Below, piece after piece: positions 31,589 to 41,822 of a stretch of DNA of 47,726 nucleotides. Both the position numbers and the translations under genes were made by a program. The stretch lies in sequence record OL362274.1; one strand, written 5' to 3'. This DNA comes from Escherichia phage HC6. The notes beneath the pieces were generated by a model, which worked only from the letters and a program-made list of their open reading frames with translations, ran no database searches and was not told the origin of the DNA. How positions within the stretch are numbered: position 1 is the stretch's first letter; every line of letters begins with the position of its first letter.

Positions 31589-34168
31589 ATGGCTACCGTA
31601 CCAACAAATAATCCAATCCCAAGCGAAGACCCGCGCGATCTGAAATTTAATGCCGGTAAGATCGACGAGGTAGTGACATCTGATGCACATTACTATACCG
31701 ATCGCTTCGGTGTACGCCGCTGGACAATTGCTGGATTCCAATACACCGCAGAAGAAGCAATCCGTAACTACGGTTACATAACAATGGACAGCTTCGAAGA
31801 TGGCGCGACACTGACGCTTCCCAATCAGACACTGCGTTATGAAGCGAACGGAGAATATTACCGTTGGGATGGGGAGTTTCCAAAAGTAGTGCCCGCTGGT
31901 TCAACTCCAGACAGCACGGGTGAGGTTAAATTAGGAGCGTGGGTTAGTGTTGGTGATGCGTCATTGCGCGCCGATATTGCAAAACCAACCGGAACAAATT
32001 TAATTGGCGCAAAAAACGGGGAAACACTGTCTACAGTCCTGGGTAGTCGTTGGGCTAATTCGGGCGCAGATAAAAAAGAAATTCGTTTTGACCTGCCATT
32101 ACTATTCCCAGATTACGATGCGATTCTGGCGGCACACCCTGACTGGACGTTTATTTATCCAGGGTCATTCTGTATCGGGGATGATGGCAAAATCTATATT
32201 GCATACGGCCCAAGTAATAACGCAGCGACGGAACGTTTCGTTGTAGTTTACTCAGGGGAAGGTGAATACTTAGGGTATCTCCAGACTAATAATGGAGGCA
32301 CCGGGGTAAATGGTTCTGCGGTATCCGAGGGGATTATCGTAACCAATTACTATGGTTCACTTAAGTTATTCCTGGGATCCTACGATGGTAACTTAGCTGA
32401 GTTTGATATCTCAGCGGTGACCTACGGCACCACGATTAGCTATACAGCCTTGCATCAGGTAGGTCTGTATAACCAGTTCTCCTTCCACAATGGAATGTGG
32501 GCAGTTGAACAGGCCATCCCAGCGTTGGGCATTAACCGCCAACGTAATGCTATTGCGTACTTCAACTCCGCATTTGCATTAACTGGCTTCACGGAATTTT
32601 CTCCGTATGACGCTGGATACATCACGGAAACTACTACTGATTATGGGTCACTTCAAACTAAGCGACAAGCAATCTGTTTAGCTCCTGGTGTTTTGATTAT
32701 GGCATTCGGTGGTGTGTACATTACAGGAACAACTGTAGAAGCGCCTACTAATTATCAGGGGGTAAAAGCGTTCAGCACCGATGGGCACAAAATGGTAGAG
32801 GCAGTAATTCCTCCTACTGGTTTTATTAGTGTCCTGGATGCTAAAGGCTTAACGACTTCTCGTATAGAGAATGAGGGCATCTGCTATTCAAATGGTGAAG
32901 TGTTCACCTTATGGATCTATAACGACCGAACCACATCGAATGCGTATACGCATGGAATCCTAATTACCAAAGAGTATTCCAATTTCCCGGACTTGGATTT
33001 TTCTGCGGTGACAACGGTATCCCCAGGTTACGATACCATTCGGATGGCTTCTGGGGTTTATCCACGAATTCTCGCAGGCGACGTACTCTATAACCCTCTG
33101 ACCGGTATTGCCATGACTTCGTTGTCAGCAGTATTGGACTTTATGCGATTGTCCGGGCAGAAGGCAGTTACTATCTATACATCAAGCACCGGTCTTACAG
33201 ACCTGGCTGGAGTTGCCTACCCAATCGGGATAGAGCTTCATATTAGCAACCTGAATAACCAGAGCTTCTCTATAGATCAGACCGGGCCAACTACCCGTAA
33301 AACTGTTCGTGTTACTTATGACACCTCCGGTTACACAGTAGTTACTGCGGCTACTGGTTTGGAGACTTACCGTTTAACTTTAAACAATACTGACTCTGGG
33401 TCTTTAACTCAGGGGCGTATCGCTGCCAGAGCTTTCGGTAACACAACTTTAACCGAAGCAGAACAGATTCTTGTCCTCGATCAACAAAGTTCCGCATCTG
33501 CACATTCTCTTATTTTAGGTGGCGGCTCTTCATTATTTAAGAGTGCTACGACTATTAGTTTTGCTACTAATCCGTCGCCCGCAACCCTAGGTGGCACTAT
33601 TCGATGGCGTTTAGATGATACATCTCTACGTCCATACACAGATAATGCTTACAATTTAGGTAATCCATCATTACGTGTGGCTCAAGTATTCGCGGCAATT
33701 GGTACTATTAATACGTCTGATTCCCGTGAAAAAACTGATCCTTCTGAAATATCGGATGATATCCTTGATGCCTGGGGCGATGTACAGGTGATCACTTATA
33801 AGTGGTTAGCTTCTATCGCATCTAAAGGGGAGGACTCTGCTCGTTGGCATTTTGGGGTAATTGCCCAACAGGTTCGTGACACGTTCATCAAGCATGGATT
33901 GGATGGTACTGCCTTTGGCCTGCTTTGTTACGACGAGTGGGAAGATGAATATGAACCTGAGTTCGTTGATGAGATTGTTACTGTTAATATTGATGGTGTC
34001 GATACCGAAGTTACCCGTCAAGTGGAAACCGGTAATACCCTACTTACTAGAGCTGCCGGTAATCGCTGGGGCATTCGTCCCGATCAGTGTTTCTGGTTGG
34101 AGGCCGCTTATCAGCGACGCCGCTGTGATCGTATTGAAGAGCGATTAAAAAAACTGGAGGCTAAGTAA
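31589..34168 (+). CDS. tail fibre / tailspike with C-terminal intramolecular chaperone (peptidase S74-like)
   Basis: 859 aa; AAGGAG RBS; C-terminal region (DSREKTDP...RWHFGVIAQQV...WGIRPDQC) resembles endosialidase-type self-cleaving chaperone. Confidence 0.75.
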   Translation: MATVPTNNPIPSEDPRDLKFNAGKIDEVVTSDAHYYTDRFGVRRWTIAGFQYTAEEAIRNYGYITMDSFEDGATLTLPNQTLRYEANGEYYRWDGEFPKVVPAGSTPDSTGEVKLGAWVSVGDASLRADIAKPTGTNLIGAKNGETLSTVLGSRWANSGADKKEIRFDLPLLFPDYDAILAAHPDWTFIYPGSFCIGDDGKIYIAYGPSNNAATERFVVVYSGEGEYLGYLQTNNGGTGVNGSAVSEGIIVTNYYGSLKLFLGSYDGNLAEFDISAVTYGTTISYTALHQVGLYNQFSFHNGMWAVEQAIPALGINRQRNAIAYFNSAFALTGFTEFSPYDAGYITETTTDYGSLQTKRQAICLAPGVLIMAFGGVYITGTTVEAPTNYQGVKAFSTDGHKMVEAVIPPTGFISVLDAKGLTTSRIENEGICYSNGEVFTLWIYNDRTTSNAYTHGILITKEYSNFPDLDFSAVTTVSPGYDTIRMASGVYPRILAGDVLYNPLTGIAMTSLSAVLDFMRLSGQKAVTIYTSSTGLTDLAGVAYPIGIELHISNLNNQSFSIDQTGPTTRKTVRVTYDTSGYTVVTAATGLETYRLTLNNTDSGSLTQGRIAARAFGNTTLTEAEQILVLDQQSSASAHSLILGGGSSLFKSATTISFATNPSPATLGGTIRWRLDDTSLRPYTDNAYNLGNPSLRVAQVFAAIGTINTSDSREKTDPSEISDDILDAWGDVQVITYKWLASIASKGEDSARWHFGVIAQQVRDTFIKHGLDGTAFGLLCYDEWEDEYEPEFVDEIVTVNIDGVDTEVTRQVETGNTLLTRAAGNRWGIRPDQCFWLEAAYQRRRCDRIEERLKKLEAK

Positions 34169-34395
34169 TGCATGATTTTCCCCATTATTACATGCGGGGG
34201 CCGCTGTCATTATCCAAAGCGGAATTGGCATTGTGTTAGGTATGTGGGGTGCAGGAGGCGCGCCAATATACCTTGGTGGGGTGGATTCGACTGGCGAGCA
34301 TGGGACTTACCTAGTCTATTGGATTAGTTAGTACCAGTGTTAGCATATACTGTAGTTTGGGTTATTACGGCTTATATTTCCTAACAATAATCACT

Positions 34396-34425
34396 AAACC
34401 CCGCTTCAGCGGGGTTAGTTTTATC
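34396..34425. terminator. bidirectional hairpin terminator
   Basis: AACCCCGC-ttca-GCGGGGTT between convergent tail fibre and SSB genes. Confidence 0.5.
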
Positions 34426-34426
34426 A

Positions 34427-34918
34427 TCAGAAGGGAATGTCATCATCGAAGTCCATCGGAGTCTCATTGCCTCCTTGTTGGCTTTGTTGTTTTGGTTGCT
34501 GCTGTTGTTGTCGTTGCGGTTGTTGGCCTGATTGCTGGCGTGGTTGTTGTTGCCCTGCATCATCCCGCTTTCCACCAAGCATCTGCATAACACCGCCCAT
34601 CTGTGGAATTACAATCTCCGTTGTATATCGGTCAACTCCATTGCTGTCAGTCCACTTACGAGTGCGAAGTTGTCCTTCGATATAAACCTGCGAGCCTTTG
34701 CGAAGGTATTCTCCTGCAACTTCTGCAAGTTTTCCGAAGATGACCACGCGATGCCATTCAGTCTGCTCTTTCTTTTCTCCTGTCTGCTTATCTTTCCACT
34801 GCTCAGATGTTGCAACAGAAAGATTGGCAATTGCAGAGCCTGATGCTGAATATTTAACTTCAGGGTCGTTACCAACTCGACCAAGGATTATGCACTTATT
34901 AATACCAATCGAAGACAT
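34427..34918 (-). CDS. ssb: single-stranded DNA-binding protein
   Basis: 163 aa; OB-fold-like N-terminus, Gln/Gly-rich linker, canonical acidic tail DFDDDIPF. Confidence 0.95.
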   Translation of the reverse strand: MSSIGINKCIILGRVGNDPEVKYSASGSAIANLSVATSEQWKDKQTGEKKEQTEWHRVVIFGKLAEVAGEYLRKGSQVYIEGQLRTRKWTDSNGVDRYTTEIVIPQMGGVMQMLGGKRDDAGQQQPRQQSGQQPQRQQQQQPKQQSQQGGNETPMDFDDDIPF

Positions 34919-35436
34919 TACTTGAATCTCCCGTTTTTATCTCTTAATCTGCCATTATGATTCTCTGTGGCGTGTAATGATGCGTGCTCTGACTTCGTCA
35001 TAAGCATTAGGTTACTTGGATGGTTGTTTGTTTTATCATGGTCTATATGATGAACGCATTCATTGTGAAACAACCTCCTCCCAATAATGCCTTCCATAAC
35101 TACGACATGTTCTCCTCTTCCTTTGTTTTCACCCATAGTTATCTCGACATAACCATTCGGTTTTACAGAGCGACCCTTGCCAACTCCTTTCTTTGATTTT
35201 GATATATTTTGCTTCCATTCTTCAGTAAACTTTCGTTTTTTACCCCTAAGTCCTGAACCAAGTCTTCCCTCTGCGGCAGCAATTCTTATTGCATCTCCTC
35301 TGCTTCTCAATATTCCGGCTTTCTTAAATCTAAACCTCAATGTTGACATGGCTATTCCTGTTTCATTGGAGATTTGAGGGATGCTCATGCCAGACAAATA
35401 CATATCAAACTCATTCATATGCACCTCCTTGTGCAA
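34918..35436 (-). CDS. HNH endonuclease
   Basis: [30 protein letters not shown] motif; N-terminal HTH-like region; start 35436 or 35418. Confidence 0.8.
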   Translation of the reverse strand: MHKEVHMNEFDMYLSGMSIPQISNETGIAMSTLRFRFKKAGILRSRGDAIRIAAAEGRLGSGLRGKKRKFTEEWKQNISKSKKGVGKGRSVKPNGYVEITMGENKGRGEHVVVMEGIIGRRLFHNECVHHIDHDKTNNHPSNLMLMTKSEHASLHATENHNGRLRDKNGRFK

Positions 35437-35498
35437 TATAGTAATTTACAACCATTAAGTCAACTTTTAATTACTTTATTTACGCCGCGTGCCATTTA

Positions 35499-36545
35499 TT
35501 AAAATCCTTCAATTGGAGTTGGTTTATGTTCTTGTTTTTCTTCCTGCGGTTCTGGCTGCTGTGGTTGCGGTTTAGCCAGTTTGGCAGGGTTGAAATTATC
35601 CTGAGGAGTGATTACCACAGGGGGTAATTGCTCATCATTGATAAAAGACTCAATGCGATCATATTCAGCAGCAGAAGCAGCGAGAGAAGGCCATATTGCA
35701 CGAATCTTATCTTTCAGGTTATCAGGTATTGATTTCGCCTCTTCCTTCAGTCCTTCCATTCCTTTTGCTGCTGAAAGCTGAAGTCGTGAGCGCCATGATT
35801 CAAACTCTTCGTCAACTTTAACACCAGAGTCCACCCATTTGATGAGTCCTCGACCATGAGCCTCTCCAATATAGCCATGACGAACGCTTTCACGACCAGA
35901 CTCAAAGAAGATGGGGCGTAGCTCTTCTGGTAATTTGGTGAACTCCTGAATTTTTCCTCCATCGTGCATCATCATGCTCACGGTCATCTCGAACATGAAA
36001 TCTTTCTCGCACACTGGCTGTAACCCAAGTGATACAGGTTCCTTCGGGTTTGCGAAGTCAGTTTTCTGGCGAGCGCGAAGACAGACAATGATATGCATAT
36101 TGCTTTGTAGCATGGCATTCATGAACTTCTTGTGTTCAGCTTTGGCGCGCTTCCAGTCAGCCATCTTTTTACCGTTAAGCAGCGGCTTTTCAGCAATCTC
36201 CGTGCAACTGCCTTCACCTTCCCATTCATGCGAACCTGAATCAATAACAAGAACCTTAACGCCGGCAGCCTGAAACTCTTCAATGGCCTGACGGTAACGG
36301 GCCGGGCTGAATGGAGCATACATATCAGCGTGCAGGAATTTGCCATCAAGGATGTTTGAGTACAGGCGACCGCGACCATTTTCAGTATCAAGGAATCCGA
36401 TTTCTTCTGGTGAGTCAACCATCCCGCGAGCCAGCTTAAGTGCGCTGTATGTTTTTCCGCTACCAGACTGGCCTGAAATACCGATGACTACACGAGAACC
36501 TGAACGCTCTGCTGGTTTAATATTGAGAATACCCATTTTCATCAC
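35499..36545 (-). CDS. Sak4-like RecA-fold ATPase
   Basis: Walker A GQSGSGKT near N-terminus; about 346 aa; next to SSB and exonuclease. Confidence 0.65.
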   Translation of the reverse strand: MMKMGILNIKPAERSGSRVVIGISGQSGSGKTYSALKLARGMVDSPEEIGFLDTENGRGRLYSNILDGKFLHADMYAPFSPARYRQAIEEFQAAGVKVLVIDSGSHEWEGEGSCTEIAEKPLLNGKKMADWKRAKAEHKKFMNAMLQSNMHIIVCLRARQKTDFANPKEPVSLGLQPVCEKDFMFEMTVSMMMHDGGKIQEFTKLPEELRPIFFESGRESVRHGYIGEAHGRGLIKWVDSGVKVDEEFESWRSRLQLSAAKGMEGLKEEAKSIPDNLKDKIRAIWPSLAASAAEYDRIESFINDEQLPPVVITPQDNFNPAKLAKPQPQQPEPQEEKQEHKPTPIEGF

Positions 36546-36553
36546 CTCACTAA

Positions 36554-37498
36554 TTATAAATTAAACTGTTTTTTGAACCATTCAGGCGTTTCCATTTCTA
36601 TGACAGGATTACCCATTGAATAACCGGGCCACGAATTGGCTTTTTTGCACGCCTTGTAAATTTCCATAGCGCCATGCAACTGAATTCGACCGATGCGTAA
36701 TTGCTCTTCAGTCAAGCGAATTAACGCAGGAATAAATGGTGCTTTCTTTTCCTGAACGAGAAGATTAACAGAGCGTGGCGCATGACCATATGCCGCAACA
36801 AACATGTCGTGCTGCATCGCCATTTTCATAAAGTACCCAAGTCTCGCAGCATGACGGAAAAACTCTTCTGGCTTGGCGCTCACCGCTGTTTTGTAGTCGA
36901 TGATGTCGCCACCTTTGGTAAGGCAGTCAAAGCGAACTTTTGCCTTCTCTCCGTTAAGTTCACCTAGAATTGACACTTCAGCATAAGCACCAGCGAGAAG
37001 ACTGCTGTAATAGCTGTTTGCGTGGATTACAGCACGCATTTGCTGAATAGCGTCATAATCACCACCTTCCAGCATTTGCTTTCCTACAGCAGCTTTTTCA
37101 GCCTCTTCACGGATGACATCGTAAATTTTCACTGGCTCGCCAGTCGCCTGGATGATTTTGATCACCTCAGCTTTCGACTTTCCTGAAAGTCCTTTGATGC
37201 CTCGTTCTTTTGCCCATGAGTTCATATCACTTACAGTAACAAGCAGGTCATCACCAAAATCTTCTTTGGTTGGCATTCGTGCATATTCAGCATCAAAACG
37301 CTCTGGTTCAAGCAACGCAGTATGGCTACCTGTACCGAATATAAGAGCTTTTGATTGCTCATCCTCTTCGTCTTTGTATCGCCATGCTGCCGGGCATCTG
37401 TCAAGTATATTCCATAATCCAGAACCATTAATGTGCTCTGTGTCAGCATGATAATCCTGATTGCTTAATTCATTGTTGAAATAAACTCTCATCATCAC
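36554..37498 (-). CDS. PD-(D/E)xK family exonuclease
   Basis: 314 aa; D...IIDYKT resembles PD-(D/E)xK core; context with Sak4-like and SSB. Confidence 0.6.
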   Translation of the reverse strand: MMMRVYFNNELSNQDYHADTEHINGSGLWNILDRCPAAWRYKDEEDEQSKALIFGTGSHTALLEPERFDAEYARMPTKEDFGDDLLVTVSDMNSWAKERGIKGLSGKSKAEVIKIIQATGEPVKIYDVIREEAEKAAVGKQMLEGGDYDAIQQMRAVIHANSYYSSLLAGAYAEVSILGELNGEKAKVRFDCLTKGGDIIDYKTAVSAKPEEFFRHAARLGYFMKMAMQHDMFVAAYGHAPRSVNLLVQEKKAPFIPALIRLTEEQLRIGRIQLHGAMEIYKACKKANSWPGYSMGNPVIEMETPEWFKKQFNL

Positions 37499-38121
37499 TC
37501 TCCGTGGTTACAGAATTCTTTATGCATCTTTTCTCTGAATTTCATCACAGACAACCTCGCTCTCTCAATATCATTGAATAACCCAAGATGGTATCTTTTC
37601 CCGTTAACATCACAGTAAGCATGCCACTTTTTAACCTGTTTTTGCCAATACACACCTTTAACTCCTGATGTGTTATTTTTTGGTTTTTTAGCGTTATACT
37701 GGTTCTGCATATTTGTTGCGATTCTTAAGTTGCAAATCCTGTTATCGTCACGCACACCGTTAATGTAATCAATTTGACCTTCAGGCCAGAAACCATAATA
37801 AATCAACCATGCCAAGCGATGCGCGTAGTATCTTTTATTATTTATGCTTATCTCTATGTATCCGTTATGTTTTTTCCTGCCAGCGACAATACCCTTTCTT
37901 ACACCTCCACCCGTCTTATTTCTAATGAAAACCCCTGTTTCATGGTTGTAATTTAAGCTATCCAAAACAACATAACGTGGTATTCTTTTTCTTCTTCCTA
38001 TGGTGTTTGACTCTGCACTTCCCTGAGCAAAATCTTGCTTTTGCAGTTCCGATAAACTCATTTCCACAAACCTCGCACTTCTTAACGGTGATAGCCATTT
38101 CTTACCCTCTATTGTAATCAT
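37495..38121 (-). CDS. HNH homing endonuclease with AP2-like domain
   Basis: AHRLAWLIYYG...IDYIN...DNRICNLR and GVKGVYW...KW.A motifs; paralog of 24..536. Confidence 0.8.
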   Translation of the reverse strand: MITIEGKKWLSPLRSARFVEMSLSELQKQDFAQGSAESNTIGRRKRIPRYVVLDSLNYNHETGVFIRNKTGGGVRKGIVAGRKKHNGYIEISINNKRYYAHRLAWLIYYGFWPEGQIDYINGVRDDNRICNLRIATNMQNQYNAKKPKNNTSGVKGVYWQKQVKKWHAYCDVNGKRYHLGLFNDIERARLSVMKFREKMHKEFCNHGE

Positions 38122-38166
38122 TTTCCGTTACATTGCAAGTAACTTTTATTTGTTACTAACGATACA

Positions 38167-38592
38167 TTAATCTACGTCATCCAGCAAGCCAAAATAGAAA
38201 AGCGTGGCTTTTTTTAATTCATCAAGCCCATAAGCTATGGCAGCATAATGACCAAGCCTGCACATCTCTGTTAGCACTGCTGATTGATCCTTGCTCACCC
38301 TGCTTTTGCTTTTATCGCGGCGCTTTGCTTCAATCATCCCACAACTGTGATTTACCCCCGGAGTCATTATCACATTGTCGCCTATACCAGCCTTAACCCC
38401 CATCTTCTGGCGCTTCAGCACAAACTGCACCCTGCTTGATGTGCCAGTTTCGTTGGGTACATGAAACCACAGAACATCAGGGAAGCGGTGTTGCATCCAT
38501 GTTCCGTAACCCATCTGGTCAGTCTCCTCTTTAGGACACTCACCACGATAACCGCTATCAAATACCCATATGCCGCTATCAAGCTGCTTCAC
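38167..38592 (-). CDS. VRR-NUC domain nuclease
   Basis: 141 aa; GIGDNVIMTPG...IEAKRR...SKDQ fits VRR-NUC pattern as recalled. Confidence 0.6.
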   Translation of the reverse strand: MKQLDSGIWVFDSGYRGECPKEETDQMGYGTWMQHRFPDVLWFHVPNETGTSSRVQFVLKRQKMGVKAGIGDNVIMTPGVNHSCGMIEAKRRDKSKSRVSKDQSAVLTEMCRLGHYAAIAYGLDELKKATLFYFGLLDDVD

Positions 38593-40507
38593 TTTGTTCT
38601 CCTTTAAATTCTTTGCGGTGGATTATGTCTCTGCCTTTATCATTAATTCGATGCGTTATGCGTTTTGGCGCTTTAATTAATCCCGCATACATCATGAATT
38701 GCTTGGCGTTCTGGCATTTCAGTATTTTCCCAGCCATTGACTTATCATCAAGGTGAGGAAAAACCGCCTTTGCCTTGAACATGTTTTTCATGTGAGTTGC
38801 GCCGCCATAAGGGTAGAAAACTTCATTAGCCCAGCCTTCTTTGCCATCACAACGGTTAATCCAGTAGCGATATAAAATCCCCTCTCCGTCCTTCGTTAGT
38901 TGAACCTTGAAATCCATAACATCAGCCCACTCGTTATCTGTATAAGCACGCTCATTCAGTGCCGAATTAGGGTCGCGCAACACGTGATCGCAATGTCTGC
39001 AATAGCGCGCAGTGGGGTCGTTTTTAGTGCCGCAACCATCATCAAAAATCCGGATTCCGTGCTTATCAAAACCGCAACGGATGTAACTGAAAAATTCTTC
39101 GCAGCGACCATCTGGAGATAGCGGGTCTTTCCCTATGCATCGACGCGCATATGGGCTGTTCATTGTTCCACATGTATGACACGGAACTTGTTCGCCACTG
39201 CGTTTTGAACGTTGCGCTTCAGCCTCTTCCAGAATCGGGTCTTCATACAGCTGACCAAGCTCAAACATCGTGCCAGAGAAATCAAGAACCAGATGGTCTT
39301 CTTTATGATACCCGGCATCAATTTGCTCTTTCTTCAGTAGGCGCATTCCGCGACCAAGAAGCTGGACAAGGAGAGTTAGCGACATTATTTTTCGCAATAT
39401 GCAGCTCGTATCCCATAACGGTATATTTACGCCAGTGGTAAGGGCGGCTATCTGGAATGTGAATTTTTTACGCCCGGTGTATGCATCTTTTAGAGCATTC
39501 CTTCTGGCTTTTGACCCCATATCTTCTGTAACTATTGAATAACTTCCTTCGGGTAGGTATTTTGCCGCCTCCTGACAATGTTTTTTACCAGCACATGTAA
39601 TCAGTACGCCGTTTCTGTTTTTAGTCAACTCCATAACCTTGAGCATGATTTTCTGCGTCAACGTACCTTGCTCAAGAATTTCTTTCTGCATCTGCTTGAG
39701 CTGCTCGGCGGTAAAGTCCTGAGTACCATCAACATCTGAACCATGAAAATCCGAAAGGTCATAATGCAGACTATCAACATCATGAAGACCAAAAATTGTT
39801 GGAACAAGAAAACCGTTTTCAACCATGTACTTGGTGTCTATGTTGATAATCTCTTTCTTCCAGAAAGCGCCTTTTATTGATGTAGTTCCGCGAAACGGTG
39901 AGCCTGTATAACCTATTATTCTCAACTCATGGCCATGCTTATCTTTACACCTTTTCATTAGCTCATTAATTATCACTGCATACTGCGTATCACCATTATT
40001 AACAACATCAATGTCATTAACCATATGATTTTCATCGATCAGCAGGAATCTTGGGCAAAAGTCAGAGAGCGCACCTTTTGCAATAACATTCCCATGCTCA
40101 TCTTTTTTATCAAACAAAGCATTTACAACAGTACCCTCAGAACCACAGATTATTGGGTACGTAGAACTTTTCCTACCCAACGAAGCACTGAATAGCGAGT
40201 TTCTAACACCAAGCAACCATAGCTCTTCCGCATCTTGCTCCACTATTTCGCCCTGTCTTGATAAAATCATCCCTGAATAGCCCATCTCCTGAAAACGCTT
40301 TGCTATCATGGCAATCATCAGTGACTTTCCGCTACCGACACTTGCTGTTACATAGCTTGGGCCAACATAATGACGAATCACATCGCCAGTTAACTTATAT
40401 ATCAACCACTGATAGGGTCTTGGCTCGATATCACCAGTATCCAGATAAGATTTCAGCAGATTAATATCAATCTCTGAAATCATTTTGTCGATTTTATGCA
40501 TTACCAA
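38579..40507 (-). CDS. SF2 DNA helicase with C-terminal zinc-ribbon extension
   Basis: Walker A SVGSGKS, motif II LIDENH, motif III TGSP; C-terminal about 200 aa with several Cys pairs. Confidence 0.8.
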   Translation of the reverse strand: MVMHKIDKMISEIDINLLKSYLDTGDIEPRPYQWLIYKLTGDVIRHYVGPSYVTASVGSGKSLMIAMIAKRFQEMGYSGMILSRQGEIVEQDAEELWLLGVRNSLFSASLGRKSSTYPIICGSEGTVVNALFDKKDEHGNVIAKGALSDFCPRFLLIDENHMVNDIDVVNNGDTQYAVIINELMKRCKDKHGHELRIIGYTGSPFRGTTSIKGAFWKKEIINIDTKYMVENGFLVPTIFGLHDVDSLHYDLSDFHGSDVDGTQDFTAEQLKQMQKEILEQGTLTQKIMLKVMELTKNRNGVLITCAGKKHCQEAAKYLPEGSYSIVTEDMGSKARRNALKDAYTGRKKFTFQIAALTTGVNIPLWDTSCILRKIMSLTLLVQLLGRGMRLLKKEQIDAGYHKEDHLVLDFSGTMFELGQLYEDPILEEAEAQRSKRSGEQVPCHTCGTMNSPYARRCIGKDPLSPDGRCEEFFSYIRCGFDKHGIRIFDDGCGTKNDPTARYCRHCDHVLRDPNSALNERAYTDNEWADVMDFKVQLTKDGEGILYRYWINRCDGKEGWANEVFYPYGGATHMKNMFKAKAVFPHLDDKSMAGKILKCQNAKQFMMYAGLIKAPKRITHRINDKGRDIIHRKEFKGEQSEAA

Positions 40508-40764
40508 ATCCTCGCACCAAGACGTTCAATTGTTTGTTTCTTTGTTTCATCATCTATTCCGCTATAAAAATACATATAACTAAGATTCCATAGATAATCT
40601 TCTGGTCGCTCATCGGCAAACAAATCATCCCACTCAAAAATCCATTCTCCAGTTCTCTGTCTTCTGTATATGGTTAGCCATGTATTGCTTCGTGGCGGGT
40701 ATCCGAAGGCAACAGGGATTGGCTTGCCATGAAAAATCCTCTTAAAAATGCTATCAAGGAACAC
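40501..40764 (-). CDS. hypothetical protein
   Basis: 87 aa, Trp/Tyr-rich. Confidence 0.5.
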   Translation of the reverse strand: MFLDSIFKRIFHGKPIPVAFGYPPRSNTWLTIYRRQRTGEWIFEWDDLFADERPEDYLWNLSYMYFYSGIDDETKKQTIERLGARIW

Positions 40765-40786
40765 TGCTATATCCTTTTATTGATGT

Positions 40787-40824
40787 TTCTACGTCAGTTA
40801 GCTTATACTCAATCTACACCAACA
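40787..40824. promoter_or_regulatory. divergent promoter region with paired TCTACRYCA motifs
   Basis: TTTCTACGTCAG and TCAATCTACACCAACA between divergent genes 40764 and 40840. Confidence 0.4.
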
Positions 40825-40839
40825 ATCAAGGGTAAATTT

Positions 40840-41793
40840 ATGAGATACGACTGGAAAGACATTGAGCCAAAAATGATCGGAAATTGGCAAGCTGCCATCA
40901 TGTCTATCGTCAATGTGGATAGCAGAGTTTTCAATGGCAAGCACCAGCCATGCCCGTCATGCTCAGGAAAAGACAGGTATCGCTTTGATGACAACTTCGA
41001 AACAAAAGGCGATGGCGGCGCAATCTGCAATCAGTGCGGTTCCGGCAGCGGCATGAATTGGCTGATGAAACTCTCCGGAATGAGCTTTCCTGAAGCGCTG
41101 GAGGCACTTGGTGGATTCCTGAATATGCACCCGCGTGAAAAGCTGGAGGCAATCAGGAAAGAGCTACCGAAGATAAATCACAGCGATGACTTCATCACCG
41201 AGCAGGAAGTCGCAGCAATCATGGCTAAAACGACTCGTGTCGCGATGAATGAGTGGACTTTGATAAATGGTATTGGTTGCGACGTTAACGTCACCAGAGG
41301 CAAATCTGGAGAACTTATTGCGGTTGAGATGATGCGAGCTGACACAATGAAACTGTGCAACGTGGCATTCATTGGCATGGATGGTGATTCAATCAGAACG
41401 TTTTTCCGCGCAGGATACAACAAGGACTCAGCCATCAACGGCAAACTCACGCGCGGCGCGATAAGCCCAATCGGAGAAGACAACGGGAAGTTCATTTACC
41501 TGGTATCTGATTATGCCGATGCGTGGAAATGCCACTACTTCACTGGCGCTCATGCCTGGTGCTGCTGGTCGCCGGAAAACATGTGGGAGGTTGTGCGCTC
41601 GGTTAGCGATGAAACGAAGGCGAGATTGCGCTGCATAGTTAATTATAAATTCGACGAACTTTGCGCTGCGGAAAATGCAGGGCTTCCGGTGATGCTTCCT
41701 GATGATGCTGAAACAATAAGGATGGCAAAGAGAATCAGGAGAAAGATTTATGACGCTGGCGAGCTGATAGAGAAAATGCCAGTAAGCAGATAA
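40840..41793 (+). CDS. DNA primase (zinc-binding plus Toprim-like)
   Basis: 317 aa from ATG 40840; CPSCSGKDRYRFDD...CNQCGSGSG zinc-binding motif typical of phage primases. Confidence 0.65.
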   Translation: MRYDWKDIEPKMIGNWQAAIMSIVNVDSRVFNGKHQPCPSCSGKDRYRFDDNFETKGDGGAICNQCGSGSGMNWLMKLSGMSFPEALEALGGFLNMHPREKLEAIRKELPKINHSDDFITEQEVAAIMAKTTRVAMNEWTLINGIGCDVNVTRGKSGELIAVEMMRADTMKLCNVAFIGMDGDSIRTFFRAGYNKDSAINGKLTRGAISPIGEDNGKFIYLVSDYADAWKCHYFTGAHAWCCWSPENMWEVVRSVSDETKARLRCIVNYKFDELCAAENAGLPVMLPDDAETIRMAKRIRRKIYDAGELIEKMPVSR

Positions 41794-41797
41794 AATA

Positions 41798-41822
41798 AAC
41801 CCTCCGACTGGAGGGTTTTTGT
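41798..41822. terminator. bidirectional rho-independent terminator
   Basis: AACCCTCC-gact-GGAGGGTTTTTGTT. Confidence 0.6.

Noticed and set aside
34437-34685. Cys-rich plus-strand ORF opposite the SSB C-terminal linker
   Set aside because: Reverse-frame artefact of the Gln/Gly-rich SSB linker; SSB is unambiguous.
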